The notes: generated by a model not told the origin, from the letters alone. A stretch of 48,384 bases of DNA from Clostridia bacterium (GCA_017455975.1 JAFTLK010000358.1:1-48384); one strand, 5' to 3'. Positions 9,570 through 19,272 are shown, counted from the first letter of the stretch. Numbers and translations are program-made.

Positions 9570-10667
9570 ATGAAAAGAATCGGCATTGTCGGTATCGGAT
9601 GCATCTCCGGTATCTATCTTGAAAATATCACCAAGCGTTTTACTGATATCGAGATCATCGGTGTCTGCGACCTTGTCCGTGAACGTGCGGAAAAGGCTGT
9701 GGAAGCATACAATATCCCCAAGCTATATAACGATATGCACGAACTCTTTGCCGACCCCGAGGTCGATATTGTTCTCAATATCACCCGCCCATATGAGCAT
9801 TATGAGGTCTCCCGTGCCGCCCTTCTTGCAGGTAAGCATGTGTACTCGGAAAAGCCTCTCGGTGCATCGTGGGAGGAAGGGCGTGCGCTGGTAAAGCTGG
9901 CTGAAGAAAAGGGACTTTGGATTGGCGGTGCACCCGATACATTCCTCGGTGCCGGCATCCAGACCTGCCGCAAGCTCATTGATGAGGGTGCGATCGGCGA
10001 CATCGTCGGTGCGACCGCATTCATGACCGGACACGGACCGGAATCGTGGCATCCGGATCCCGAATTTTTCTATAAATACGGCGGCGGTCCGATGATGGAT
10101 ATGGGTCCGTATTACATCACCGCTCTCATCAACCTGCTCGGCGGCGTTCGCCGCATCGGCGGCATGACTGCCATTCCGTTCAAGCAGAGAACTGCCACCT
10201 GCCGTGAGCATAACGGCGAGATCATCGACGTAGAGGTTCCGACCTCGTATTACGGCGTATTGGAATTCACCTCCGGTGCCGTTGCATCCATCATGACATC
10301 GTTCGATATTTACGGTGCACATCTGCCGATCATTGAGGTATACGGCTCCAAGGGTACCCTGCGCGTTCCCGATCCCAACTGCTTCGGCGGCCCCGTCATC
10401 CTTCACACACCGGAAAACGGCGATGTGGAGATCCCGCTTGCCTTTGATTATCCGGAAAACTCCCGTGCCCTCGGTCTTGCCGAAATGGCATCGGCGCTGG
10501 AACACGGACGTGACCCGCGCGCAAGCTGGAAGCAGACTTTGCATGTTCTCGAAATTCTGACCGGATTTGAACGCGCCATGAAGAACGGCGGTTATCTGGA
10601 GCTCGAAACGACGTTTGAGCGCAAAATGCCGATGCAGACCGGCCTGCCGCACGGAACGTTGGATTAA
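9570..10667 (+). CDS. Gfo/Idh/MocA family oxidoreductase
   Basis: IGIVGIGCIS, HVYSEKP, WHPDPEFFY and GPMMDMGPYY; AAGGAG RBS. Confidence 0.93.
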   Translation: MKRIGIVGIGCISGIYLENITKRFTDIEIIGVCDLVRERAEKAVEAYNIPKLYNDMHELFADPEVDIVLNITRPYEHYEVSRAALLAGKHVYSEKPLGASWEEGRALVKLAEEKGLWIGGAPDTFLGAGIQTCRKLIDEGAIGDIVGATAFMTGHGPESWHPDPEFFYKYGGGPMMDMGPYYITALINLLGGVRRIGGMTAIPFKQRTATCREHNGEIIDVEVPTSYYGVLEFTSGAVASIMTSFDIYGAHLPIIEVYGSKGTLRVPDPNCFGGPVILHTPENGDVEIPLAFDYPENSRALGLAEMASALEHGRDPRASWKQTLHVLEILTGFERAMKNGGYLELETTFERKMPMQTGLPHGTLD

Positions 10668-10677
10668 ACGTAAAAAC

Positions 10678-10716
10678 AGCCCTCCCGCATCACGCACTGT
10701 GATATGGGAGGGCTTT
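10678..10716. terminator. Bidirectional terminator
   Basis: AGCCCTCCC...GGGAGGGCT stem with an inner ATCAC/GTGAT pairing, lying between convergent genes. Confidence 0.75.
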
Positions 10717-10727
10717 ATTGCTTTGTA

Positions 10728-11483
10728 TCAATCTCTGCGCAACCGACAGTAATAGCTTCCGTTATCCGCGATCATATCCACGCCGAAGACTTCATGCAGA
10801 ACCCCGGACGTACAAACTTCACCCGGTGTCCCGCTCATGACAAGCACTCCATTGCGCATCACCCATACCGCGTCGGCATAAGTCAGCGCAAGCGGCAGAT
10901 CATGCATGATGGCAGCCACAGCACAGCCGCCGTCGGCAATCGACCGCAAAAGCCGCATAAGCGCCAGCTGATGCCCGATATCGAGATATGTCGTCGGCTC
11001 ATCAAGCAGGATATAGTCCGCCTGCTGTGCCAGCGCCATTGCAAGACAGGCACTCTGGCGCATACCGCCCGACAACGCGGATAGCGGCCGTTTGGCTTCG
11101 GCTGATATCCCCATCTGAGCCATCGCATCCTCGGCGATCCTGCGGTCCTCAGCGGAATATCTGCGAGGAAACTGCAGATGCGGAAACCTCCCGTGCAGCA
11201 CCAACTCCCCGACCGTCATGGCAGGAATGCGCCGCCCCTGTGACAGATATGCCATCCGTTTTGCAAGCGCTGTGCGCGGATAATCCGTCACCGCACGTCC
11301 GTCGAGCAGTATCTTACCGCCGGTTATCGGCAGAATGCCGGGCAGGGTTTTAAGAAGCGTGCTTTTGCCGCAACCGTTGGGACCGAGAATACAAACAAGC
11401 TGACCGGGACACAGATTTGCCCGGATACCGTGCAGAACCTCTGAATGACCGTATCCCGCACGCAAATCCCACAGTTCAAGCAT
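10728..11483 (-). CDS. Iron-chelate/cobalamin ABC transporter ATP-binding protein (FecE/BtuD-like)
   Basis: Walker A GPNGCGKST, LSGGMRQ signature, LLDEPT Walker B, IMHDL H-loop. The ATG at 11483 overlaps the permease stop. Confidence 0.93.
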   Translation of the reverse strand: MLELWDLRAGYGHSEVLHGIRANLCPGQLVCILGPNGCGKSTLLKTLPGILPITGGKILLDGRAVTDYPRTALAKRMAYLSQGRRIPAMTVGELVLHGRFPHLQFPRRYSAEDRRIAEDAMAQMGISAEAKRPLSALSGGMRQSACLAMALAQQADYILLDEPTTYLDIGHQLALMRLLRSIADGGCAVAAIMHDLPLALTYADAVWVMRNGVLVMSGTPGEVCTSGVLHEVFGVDMIADNGSYYCRLRRD

Positions 11484-12474
11484 GATCCTGCCCCCCTCTC
11501 CCGCGCAGCAGCAAAAACAGGAAAAACGGTGCACCGAGGAACGCCAGCAGAATACCGACCGGCAGCTCATACGGCGCAAAGAGCGTACGTGCCGCCGTAT
11601 CGCAGAGAACGGTAAACGCACCGCCGAGCACAGCACACATCGGCAGCAGCATTCCTGCCCCGCCGCCGGTCAGACGCCGTACGGCATGCGGTACGAGCAG
11701 ACCGATAAACGAAAGCAGCCCTGCCGTACTGACCGCCGCACCGGCAAGCAATGCCGCAAGCAGCAAAAACAGCACCCGCATGCGTCCGGTATGCATGCCG
11801 AGCCCGCGTGCTGTTTCCTCACCGAGCCCCAATACATCAAGCTCGTTTGTAAGGAACAAAAGAAGCCCGAGTGCACAGAGGATGATGACAGACGGCACGC
11901 GCAGGCTCTGTGCGGTCACCGATGAAAAATCCCCTGCACGGAAAAAGGTGCTCTGAATGCTGACATCCGGCACAAGGGTCGTCACGGTATCGCTGCAAGC
12001 GCCGAGCAGGCTGTTGACCGCCGCACCGATCAGAATAACAATGCTGTCCGATGCGCCGAATCTGTGCGCGGCCGCACTCACAGTCAGTGCCGTCAGAAAA
12101 GCGCCGAGGAAAGCCGCCGCCGACAGCCGCCATCCGCCGAGAATCCCACAAGCTGCACAAAGCACGACCGCAAACCCGGCACCTGCATTGATGCCGATCA
12201 TGCCGGGCGATGCCAGCGGATTGCCGAGTACCCCCTGAATGACCGCACCGGAAACCGCCAGCGCCGCGCCGCAGATCATGGCACCCGCCACACGCGGCAC
12301 GCGGACATACCACACGATCCGTCCGGCAGCCGTCGCCCTTTGCGTATCGGCAAACGCATCCCATAGCTCCGTCAGCGTCAGCCCCGCCGCACCGGACATC
12401 AGTCCGGCCAGAACAGACAGGAGCGCAAACAGCAGTGCACCGACGGCAAGGAGCACTGTTTTTTTATGTATCAT
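11476..12474 (-). CDS. FecCD/BtuC-family ABC permease
   Basis: VRVPR, GAALAVSGAVIQGVLGNPLASPGMIGINAGA, LGEETARGLG, FIGLLVPH and ELPVG motifs. The start at 12474 overlaps the binding-protein stop. Confidence 0.94.
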   Translation of the reverse strand: MIHKKTVLLAVGALLFALLSVLAGLMSGAAGLTLTELWDAFADTQRATAAGRIVWYVRVPRVAGAMICGAALAVSGAVIQGVLGNPLASPGMIGINAGAGFAVVLCAACGILGGWRLSAAAFLGAFLTALTVSAAAHRFGASDSIVILIGAAVNSLLGACSDTVTTLVPDVSIQSTFFRAGDFSSVTAQSLRVPSVIILCALGLLLFLTNELDVLGLGEETARGLGMHTGRMRVLFLLLAALLAGAAVSTAGLLSFIGLLVPHAVRRLTGGGAGMLLPMCAVLGGAFTVLCDTAARTLFAPYELPVGILLAFLGAPFFLFLLLRGRGGQDHA

Positions 12475-13429
12475 TGAGTGTCTCATATAAGATCCGGTAA
12501 GCCTCCGCCCAGCGGTCATTCGGTTTGAGATGGAACAGTGACCGATCCATGACATGGATACGTCCCCGGGCGACCGCATCGAGCGTCTGCCACGCAGGGT
12601 TGCCGGAAAAGAGTGCATCGAGTGACTCCATCGCGGCCGATGTGTCGCTGCCCATCGTTACGACAAAAATATGTGCAGGGTTCTTTTCAAGGATTGATTC
12701 CAGCCCCAGCGTTTCGAGAAGCGCGGTATCGCTGTCGGCGATGTTTTCGCACCCGAGATCGTAAAGCATTCCGCCGAGGATCGTTCCGTCGCTGCCCTTT
12801 GCCTTAACGCCGCCGGAGGATGCCCGCAGCAGCAGAATGGAGGGCGGTTCGGGACATGACGATGTAAACTGCGTCCTGATACCGGCAATCTCGTCGTACA
12901 GCTGCGTTCCGTGTGCCTCGTATAAATCCGCACGTCCCGTGATGCGGGTACAGAGGGCAAGCGCATCAAGGTAGTCATCAAAGGATTCCACCTCAAAATA
13001 CGCCGTCGGAATACCGACAGATTCGAGAAAACCGAGAAGTTCAACATGCGCGGCGGTCGATGCGGAGGCAATGATGAAATCGGGTCCCGCCGATAAAAGC
13101 AGCTCGGTGTTCGGGCTGTGCGCACCGCCGATGTTTACGGTATCCTCCCCGTTATACCCAAAGTCCTCCCATGCGTCCTCCGATGCGGCACAAAGGCTGC
13201 CGCCCGCCAACAGCCAGAGATCGGCAAGACTGCCCGACAGGCTCGCCGTCCTCACAGGCACGGACGGCAGTTCCACTTCCCGTCCGAGCGCATCGGTAAA
13301 AACGATGGCTGTATCCGAGGTCGTACCCGGATCTGTGATACCGCACGAGGACAGCAATATCCCCGCAAGCATCAACCACACAGTCGACAAACATAAACAC
13401 AAGCGCACGATCTTTGATGATCTTTGCAT
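12464..13429 (-). CDS. Class III (iron-siderophore/B12-type) substrate-binding lipoprotein
   Basis: Lipobox LLSSC; FTDALGREVEL; PNTELLLSAGPDFII; WQTLDAVARGRIHV; GGAGG RBS before ATG 13429. Confidence 0.9.
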   Translation of the reverse strand: MQRSSKIVRLCLCLSTVWLMLAGILLSSCGITDPGTTSDTAIVFTDALGREVELPSVPVRTASLSGSLADLWLLAGGSLCAASEDAWEDFGYNGEDTVNIGGAHSPNTELLLSAGPDFIIASASTAAHVELLGFLESVGIPTAYFEVESFDDYLDALALCTRITGRADLYEAHGTQLYDEIAGIRTQFTSSCPEPPSILLLRASSGGVKAKGSDGTILGGMLYDLGCENIADSDTALLETLGLESILEKNPAHIFVVTMGSDTSAAMESLDALFSGNPAWQTLDAVARGRIHVMDRSLFHLKPNDRWAEAYRILYETLNDT

Positions 13430-13460
13430 CTGTTTTCCTCCCCAAATCACCCAAAACCGA

Positions 13461-13489
13461 TTGACATACGACGCGCCGGGTGATATAAT
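13461..13489 (+). promoter_or_regulatory. Consensus sigma-A promoter for the reductase-esterase-uxaBA operon
   Basis: TTGACA-17bp-TATAAT with extended TG. Confidence 0.8.
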
Positions 13490-13498
13490 AAATTGAAA

Positions 13499-13519
13499 GC
13501 ATACACTTCTGATGTATGC
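13499..13519. promoter_or_regulatory. Putative operator palindrome between face-to-face promoters
   Basis: GCATACA-N7-TGTATGC covers both predicted transcription starts. Confidence 0.5.
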
Positions 13520-13523
13520 ACCC

Positions 13524-13552
13524 ATTATATCACACTTTTCCCAAGGTGTCAA
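13524..13552 (-). promoter_or_regulatory. Consensus sigma-A promoter for the ABC importer
   Basis: Minus strand reads TTGACA (13552-13547), 17 bp, TATAAT (13529-13524), with extended TG. Confidence 0.8.
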
Positions 13553-13602
13553 TCGGCGGAAAAGTGTACACCGTCCAAAACCAATCATGAGAGGAATCAT
13601 TT

Positions 13603-14532
13603 ATGACAACACTGACAAAAGAACAGATCACCTCGGTCAAGGGACGCGGCTTCCTTCTGAACCGCGGCACCGATTGTTTCTCCGGCCGTATCATCGCACC
13701 CGCCGGCATTTACACACCCGACATGCTCGCCGCCATCGCCGCATGTGCGGACACTTACGGCAATGGCAAGGTCATCTTTACCGCACGTCTTTCTGCCGAA
13801 ATCGTCGGCATTCCGTTTGAACGCATTCCGGAAGCGGAGGCCTTTATGGCCGAACACGGTCTGTCCTTCGGCGGCACCGGCGCAAAGATCCGCCCGATCG
13901 TCGCATGCAAGGGTTCCACCTGCGTCTACGGCAACATCGACACGCACGGTCTTGCAGAAGCCCTGCACGAAACCTTCTATCTGGGCATGCGTTCCGTCGC
14001 TCTGCCGCATAAATTCAAGATCGGTGTGGGCGGATGTCCGAACAGCTGCATGAAGCCGAGCCTCAACGACATCGGCATTGAGGGCTGCCGCCCCTACACC
14101 TTTGATGTCTCCCTCTGCCGCGGCTGTAAGGTCTGTGCCGTAGAAAAAGCCTGCCCGTCAAAGGCTGTCTCCGTATCCGACGGTCATGCGGTCATCGACA
14201 CCGCACGCTGTACCAACTGCGGTGTCTGTGTCGGAAAATGTCCCTTCGGCGCGGTTCCGAAGGACGCAGACGCACGCTGCCGCATCTATGTCGGCGGAAC
14301 ATGGGGCAAGACCCAGCGCGTCGGCACACCGCTGTCCGCGACATTCACGCCGGACGAGATCCCGACCATCGTGGAAAAGGTCATCCTCTGGTACAAGGAA
14401 AACGGTCGCGCAAAGGAACGGCTCGGTGCTGCTATCGACCGTCTCGGCATGGCACATCTGGAGGCGGCACTGGCCGATGACGATCTGCTCCGCCGCAAGG
14501 ATGAAATTCTCGCCTCCCCCATACAGCAGTGA
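13603..14532 (+). CDS. Nitrite/sulfite reductase-like siroheme-[4Fe-4S] protein with ferredoxin domain (AsrC-like)
   Basis: CX5C (CKGSTC region), LPHKFKIGVGGCPNSC and DIGI, plus two CxxCxxxCxxxCP/CxxCxxCxxxCP clusters and a C-terminal KERLG. Confidence 0.85.
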   Translation: MTTLTKEQITSVKGRGFLLNRGTDCFSGRIIAPAGIYTPDMLAAIAACADTYGNGKVIFTARLSAEIVGIPFERIPEAEAFMAEHGLSFGGTGAKIRPIVACKGSTCVYGNIDTHGLAEALHETFYLGMRSVALPHKFKIGVGGCPNSCMKPSLNDIGIEGCRPYTFDVSLCRGCKVCAVEKACPSKAVSVSDGHAVIDTARCTNCGVCVGKCPFGAVPKDADARCRIYVGGTWGKTQRVGTPLSATFTPDEIPTIVEKVILWYKENGRAKERLGAAIDRLGMAHLEAALADDDLLRRKDEILASPIQQ

Positions 14533-14547
14533 AAGGATGAATCTATC

Positions 14548-16308
14548 ATGAACGAACGCTATCAGGTTCTCGGCTATCCCCCAAACGATGCCCGCCTCCG
14601 CATCAGCCGCCACACCAATTCCATCTTCCCCATCACCCGTTTTTCCTCTCGTGAGGAAGTCGAAACCCGCAGAGAGGAACTTCGTTTCAATCTCCGTATG
14701 GCGGCAGGTCTGTATCCGTGGCCTGAGAAAACGCCGCTCAATGCAAAATACGAGGATGTCGGTATCTTCGACGGGTATTCCGTAAAGAAGATCATGTTTG
14801 AAACCCGCCCCGGTTTCTGGTCGACAGGCAATCTCTATCTGCCGCATCCGATGAAAGAAAAGATGCCCGCCATCCTCAACGTCATCGGCCACTGGGAAGA
14901 CCAGCGTCTGACGCGCACGGATACGGGCGACTATCCCATCCAGCTTGCCAACTTCGCCCGTATGGGATTTGTCTGTCTCGTCACAGATATGATCGGTATG
15001 GTCGACAGCCGTCAGATCTCCCACTATTACGGACGCGATGAGAAGGAGCTGTGGACCTCAAACGGTCTCGGTATCCAGCTCTGGAACAACATCCGCGCCC
15101 TTGACCTGCTCTCCTCCCTGCCATATGTCGATGCAGACCGCATCGGCATGACCGGCGCGTCCGGCGGCGGCTCACAGACGCTGTTTCTGTCCCTGCTTGA
15201 CGCGCGTGTCCGCGCAGCCGCACCGATCAACATGATCTCTCTGAATATGCAGGGCGGCTGTCAGTGTGAAAACGCTGAGGGGCTGCGCCGCAGCACCGAC
15301 AACACCGAAATGTGTGCCATGCTCGCGCCGCGCCCGCTGTTCCTTGCCGGCTCCACCGGCGACTGGACGTGCTGGCTGGAAACCGATGAGCTGCCCGGCG
15401 TGCTGGAAGCATACCGTCAGTACGGGGCCGAAGATCAGGTCGAGCACTTCTATCAGGATGCACCGCATCAGTACAACGAAAAGACCCGTCATCATGTCTA
15501 CAGCTTCTTTGCACGCCATCTGATGGGATATGACCCGCATTGGGTCGAGCAGCCCATCGAGCCGGGCGATCTTGCCGATTATACATGGTTCCGCGGTGAG
15601 GGACATGCACCGGGCATCGACTCGGATGACGCATTCTTTGCATACCACAAGACCGAGCGTGCATCCGCAATTGCGTCGCTTGACACGGACGAAAAACGCC
15701 GCATGCTCGCATGGATGACCGGCATCCGCGAACAGCGTCACCACTTCATTCCCTTATCCAATCTGTCAGAGGACGGCATCGCAATCCGCCGCGGCATTCT
15801 GGTCGGGAAGCACGATGAAAAAATCCCGACGGTTACCGTGATCCCCGAACAATGGGACGGCAAGCAAATCTGTCTGGCACTCGGCAGCAACGGAAAGGAC
15901 ATCATTGATACCCCGGCGGTACAGGCCATTCTGTCAGGCGGCACAGCCGTTGTCAGCGGCGACCTTTACAAAACCGGTGAATCAGCAGCATGCGTTCAGA
16001 CCGATGAAGAAAACGAAGCAAACAACCGCTACTTTACGACCTTCCACGATACCACCGATGCCTGCCGTGCGCAGGATGCGGCGGCACTGCTTGCGTTTGC
16101 TCGCGATATCGCCTCTGACGTGACCGTATATGCATCCGGCACGGCTGCAGGAGCCGCGGCTTGTGCACTTGCATTGACCGACGGCATCCGTTCGGCACAG
16201 CTGGAAGCTGTGGCATGCGAGAGCATACCCGTCATGCCGGGCATGGCAGCATTCGGCGGCATCCGTACCTGCATCGCGCTGGCACGGTGCCCCATCACTA
16301 CATTCTGA
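14548..16308 (+). CDS. Alpha/beta-hydrolase, acetylxylan-esterase-like
   Basis: VDADRIGMTGASGGG nucleophile elbow, MQGGCQCEN, LAPRPLFL and APHQY. The C-terminal half looks like a degenerate second hydrolase domain. Confidence 0.8.
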   Translation: MNERYQVLGYPPNDARLRISRHTNSIFPITRFSSREEVETRREELRFNLRMAAGLYPWPEKTPLNAKYEDVGIFDGYSVKKIMFETRPGFWSTGNLYLPHPMKEKMPAILNVIGHWEDQRLTRTDTGDYPIQLANFARMGFVCLVTDMIGMVDSRQISHYYGRDEKELWTSNGLGIQLWNNIRALDLLSSLPYVDADRIGMTGASGGGSQTLFLSLLDARVRAAAPINMISLNMQGGCQCENAEGLRRSTDNTEMCAMLAPRPLFLAGSTGDWTCWLETDELPGVLEAYRQYGAEDQVEHFYQDAPHQYNEKTRHHVYSFFARHLMGYDPHWVEQPIEPGDLADYTWFRGEGHAPGIDSDDAFFAYHKTERASAIASLDTDEKRRMLAWMTGIREQRHHFIPLSNLSEDGIAIRRGILVGKHDEKIPTVTVIPEQWDGKQICLALGSNGKDIIDTPAVQAILSGGTAVVSGDLYKTGESAACVQTDEENEANNRYFTTFHDTTDACRAQDAAALLAFARDIASDVTVYASGTAAGAAACALALTDGIRSAQLEAVACESIPVMPGMAAFGGIRTCIALARCPITTF

Positions 16309-16325
16309 CAATCGAGGATCATCCG

Positions 16326-17801
16326 ATGAATATCAATAAACCCACCCGTCCCACAAAGATCCTGCAGTTCGGACAGGGCAACTTTCTCCGCGGCTTCTGT
16401 GACACGCTGATCGATGCCGCCAACGAAGCCGGTGTATACAACGGCGGCATCGTTGTCGTGCAATCCGTCGGACAGACAAATCCGGCATATGCCGCACAGA
16501 ACAACTGCTATACCACACTCCTGCGCGGCAAGGAAAACGGTGATGTCATCAACACGCCGCATATCATTACCTCCCTGCAGGACATCGTTCATGCCGACAA
16601 TGCAGAGGCCTTTCTGTCCTATGCCGCCTGCCCGACGCTGGAAGCTGTTCTGTCCAATACGACAGAGGCCGGCATTGTCTATGACGGGACCGACAGCCTG
16701 ACAGCCGGGATACCGCGCACCTTCCCCGGCAAGCTGACCCGCTTTCTCCATGAACGGTACTGTGCCTTTCACGGCGACCCGACACGCGGGCTTGTCATCT
16801 TTCCGACTGAGCTGATTGAGCACAACGGCCGTGTTCTGCGTGACTATGTTCTGCGCCATGCACACCGTATGGCAGATGGAGATGCCTTTGCGGCCTGGAT
16901 CGATGGCTCCTGCCTGTTCTGCGACACACTCGTGGACCGCATCGTCACGGGCTACCCGAAGAATCCGGAGGATGCTGAACGGATCTTTGCGCAGCTCGGC
17001 TATACCGATGCGCTGCTGACCGTTGCGGAGCCGTTTGGGCTGTGGGTCATCGAAGCCCGTGACACGGCACGTGCCGAAGCGGTGCTTCCTCTCGACCGCG
17101 CCGGTCTTCCGGTTGTTTTCACCGATGATCTGACCCCGTACCGCGAACGCAAGGTCCGCATTCTCAACGGTGCACATACATCGTTTGTTCCCGCAGCATT
17201 TCTGGCAGGTGAGGACATTGTCCGTGACTGCATGTTCCATCACGTCATCCGACCGTTCATCGACACCTGTATCTATCATGAGATCCTGCCGACGCTGGAG
17301 GGCAGACTTGACACGGATGATCTGCGCGCATTTGCAAATGCCGTCTGCGAACGCTTTGAAAATCCGTTCATCGACCATGCGCTGATCTCCATCTGTCTCA
17401 ATTCCGTATCGAAATGGCGGGCGCGTGTCCTGCCGTCGGTGCTCGATTCCGTCAAAAACGGCATACTCCCGCACTGTCTGATTTTCTCCTTTGCCGCGCT
17501 GTGCCATTTCTATGCAGCAGGCAGGATGACCGATGACGGCTTTGTCGGCACAAGAGCGGTTGACGGCAGAGATCCTCGCTACACCGTCTCCGACAGCGCA
17601 GAGGTGCTTGCCTTCTTTGCAGAGCACGGCCATGCAGACAATGTTCTTGCGCGCTTTGCTGCCTGCACGGAATTCTGGGGCATGGATCTGACATCGATTC
17701 CCGGCTTTGCGGAGGCGGCACAAATGTATTTTGATGCCATCGCCGACCGAGGAGTACTTCCCGCCATGCGGGATGCGATACATACATCAAGGAGGGTCTG
17801 A
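16326..17801 (+). CDS. uxaB: Tagaturonate (altronate) reductase
   Basis: ILQFGQGNFLRGF, SNTTEAGI, TFPGKLT, TLVDRIVTGYP, YRERKVRILNGAHT, ERFENPF and LNSVSKW; GAGGA RBS before ATG 16326. Confidence 0.93.
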   Translation: MNINKPTRPTKILQFGQGNFLRGFCDTLIDAANEAGVYNGGIVVVQSVGQTNPAYAAQNNCYTTLLRGKENGDVINTPHIITSLQDIVHADNAEAFLSYAACPTLEAVLSNTTEAGIVYDGTDSLTAGIPRTFPGKLTRFLHERYCAFHGDPTRGLVIFPTELIEHNGRVLRDYVLRHAHRMADGDAFAAWIDGSCLFCDTLVDRIVTGYPKNPEDAERIFAQLGYTDALLTVAEPFGLWVIEARDTARAEAVLPLDRAGLPVVFTDDLTPYRERKVRILNGAHTSFVPAAFLAGEDIVRDCMFHHVIRPFIDTCIYHEILPTLEGRLDTDDLRAFANAVCERFENPFIDHALISICLNSVSKWRARVLPSVLDSVKNGILPHCLIFSFAALCHFYAAGRMTDDGFVGTRAVDGRDPRYTVSDSAEVLAFFAEHGHADNVLARFAACTEFWGMDLTSIPGFAEAAQMYFDAIADRGVLPAMRDAIHTSRRV

Positions 17802-17802
17802 T

Positions 17803-19272
17803 ATGGACCACATCCGCATTCATCCCGACGACAATGTCGCCGTTGCGCTCAAGCCTCTTGCGAAAGGCATGTCTGTCTGCGGCGTCACACTGTGTGACGA
17901 CATTCCGCCGGGTCATAAATTCGCACTGACGGGCATTGCAAAGAACGAAAACATTCTGAAATACGGCGCTCCCATCGGCCACGCAACCGAAGCCGTTGCC
18001 CCCGGTGCGTGGGTACACACGCACAACACAAAGACAAATCTGTCCGATGTTCTCGATTACACCTACTGCCCGGTGCATCCTTCTCTGCCGTCACAGCCGC
18101 CGCGAACCTTCCGTGGTTATCGCCGCCCCGACGGCCGGGTCGGCATCCGCAACGAAATCTGGATCATTCCGACCGTCGGATGCGTCAACAGTCCGGCACA
18201 GGCACTTGCAAAGGAAGCTGCGTCTTTTGTACACGGCACCGTTGACGGCGTTTATGCATTCCCGCATCCCTACGGCTGCTCCCAGCTCGGCGGCGACCAC
18301 CGTAATACACAGCGCGCGCTTGCCGGGCTCGTCCGTCACCCGAATGCCGGCGGTGTTCTGGTGCTCGGACTCGGCTGCGAGAATAATAACATAACGGAAT
18401 TCCGTGCTGTTCTGGGAGACATTGACGAATCCCGCGTGAAGTTTTTGAACTGCCAGGATGTCAGCGACGAGATCGGTGCGGGGCTTGCGCTTCTGCGTGA
18501 ACTCTGCGATACAGCGGCCGATGATGTGCGGGAGGACATTCCCGCCTCGGAGCTGATCGTGGGCCTCAAATGCGGCGGCTCGGACGGTTATTCCGGCATT
18601 ACGGCAAATCCGTGCGTCGGCGTGTTCTCCGACATGCTGACCGCTCAGGGCGGAACAGCGATTCTGACCGAGGTACCGGAAATGTTCGGTGCAGAGGAGC
18701 TGCTCATGGCACGGTGCGAAAACGAAGCGCTGTTTGCAAAGACGGTATCCCTTATCAACGACTTCAAGCGCTACTTCCAAAGCCATGACCAGCCGGTCTA
18801 TGAAAATCCCTCTCCCGGCAACAAAGCCGGCGGCATCACGACGCTTGAGGATAAGTCCCTCGGCTGCACGCAGAAATCCGGCTCTGCACCCGTCCGTGCG
18901 GTCATCGGCTACGGTGACCCGACAGAAACACGCGGTCTGCACCTGCTCTCCGCTCCCGGCAATGACCTTGTCGCCTCGACCGCTCTTGCGGTATCGGGTG
19001 CGCACATTGTCCTGTTCACGACCGGCCGCGGCACACCGTTCGGCTGTCCCGTTCCGACCGTCAAGATTTCATCCAACACCGCACTTGCCGAAAAAAAGCG
19101 GAACTGGATCGACTTTGATGCCGGCATCATCTGCGAAACAGGTGACATTACTGCCGCCGGCGAGGCACTGTACGACTATGTGCTCGCGCTTGCCTCCGGT
19201 GAGATCCGTACAAAGAACGAGAAAATGGGATACCGTGATATCGCCATTTTCAAAAACGGCGTTACGCTGTGA
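17803..19272 (+). CDS. uxaA: Altronate dehydratase
   Basis: SAF domain (HPDDNVAVAL, GHKFAL, KYGAPIG), HPYGCSQLG, LGCENN, KCGGSD, NPSPGNKAGG and FTTGRGTP; AAGGAGG RBS. Confidence 0.96.
   Translation: MDHIRIHPDDNVAVALKPLAKGMSVCGVTLCDDIPPGHKFALTGIAKNENILKYGAPIGHATEAVAPGAWVHTHNTKTNLSDVLDYTYCPVHPSLPSQPPRTFRGYRRPDGRVGIRNEIWIIPTVGCVNSPAQALAKEAASFVHGTVDGVYAFPHPYGCSQLGGDHRNTQRALAGLVRHPNAGGVLVLGLGCENNNITEFRAVLGDIDESRVKFLNCQDVSDEIGAGLALLRELCDTAADDVREDIPASELIVGLKCGGSDGYSGITANPCVGVFSDMLTAQGGTAILTEVPEMFGAEELLMARCENEALFAKTVSLINDFKRYFQSHDQPVYENPSPGNKAGGITTLEDKSLGCTQKSGSAPVRAVIGYGDPTETRGLHLLSAPGNDLVASTALAVSGAHIVLFTTGRGTPFGCPVPTVKISSNTALAEKKRNWIDFDAGIICETGDITAAGEALYDYVLALASGEIRTKNEKMGYRDIAIFKNGVTL

Noticed and set aside
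13430-13602. Cobalamin riboswitch upstream of the Btu/Fec-type transporter
   Set aside because: The predicted leader is only about 90 nt and no B12-box-like motifs were seen.
16029-17783. 584-aa minus-strand ORF
   Set aside because: Shadow of uxaB.
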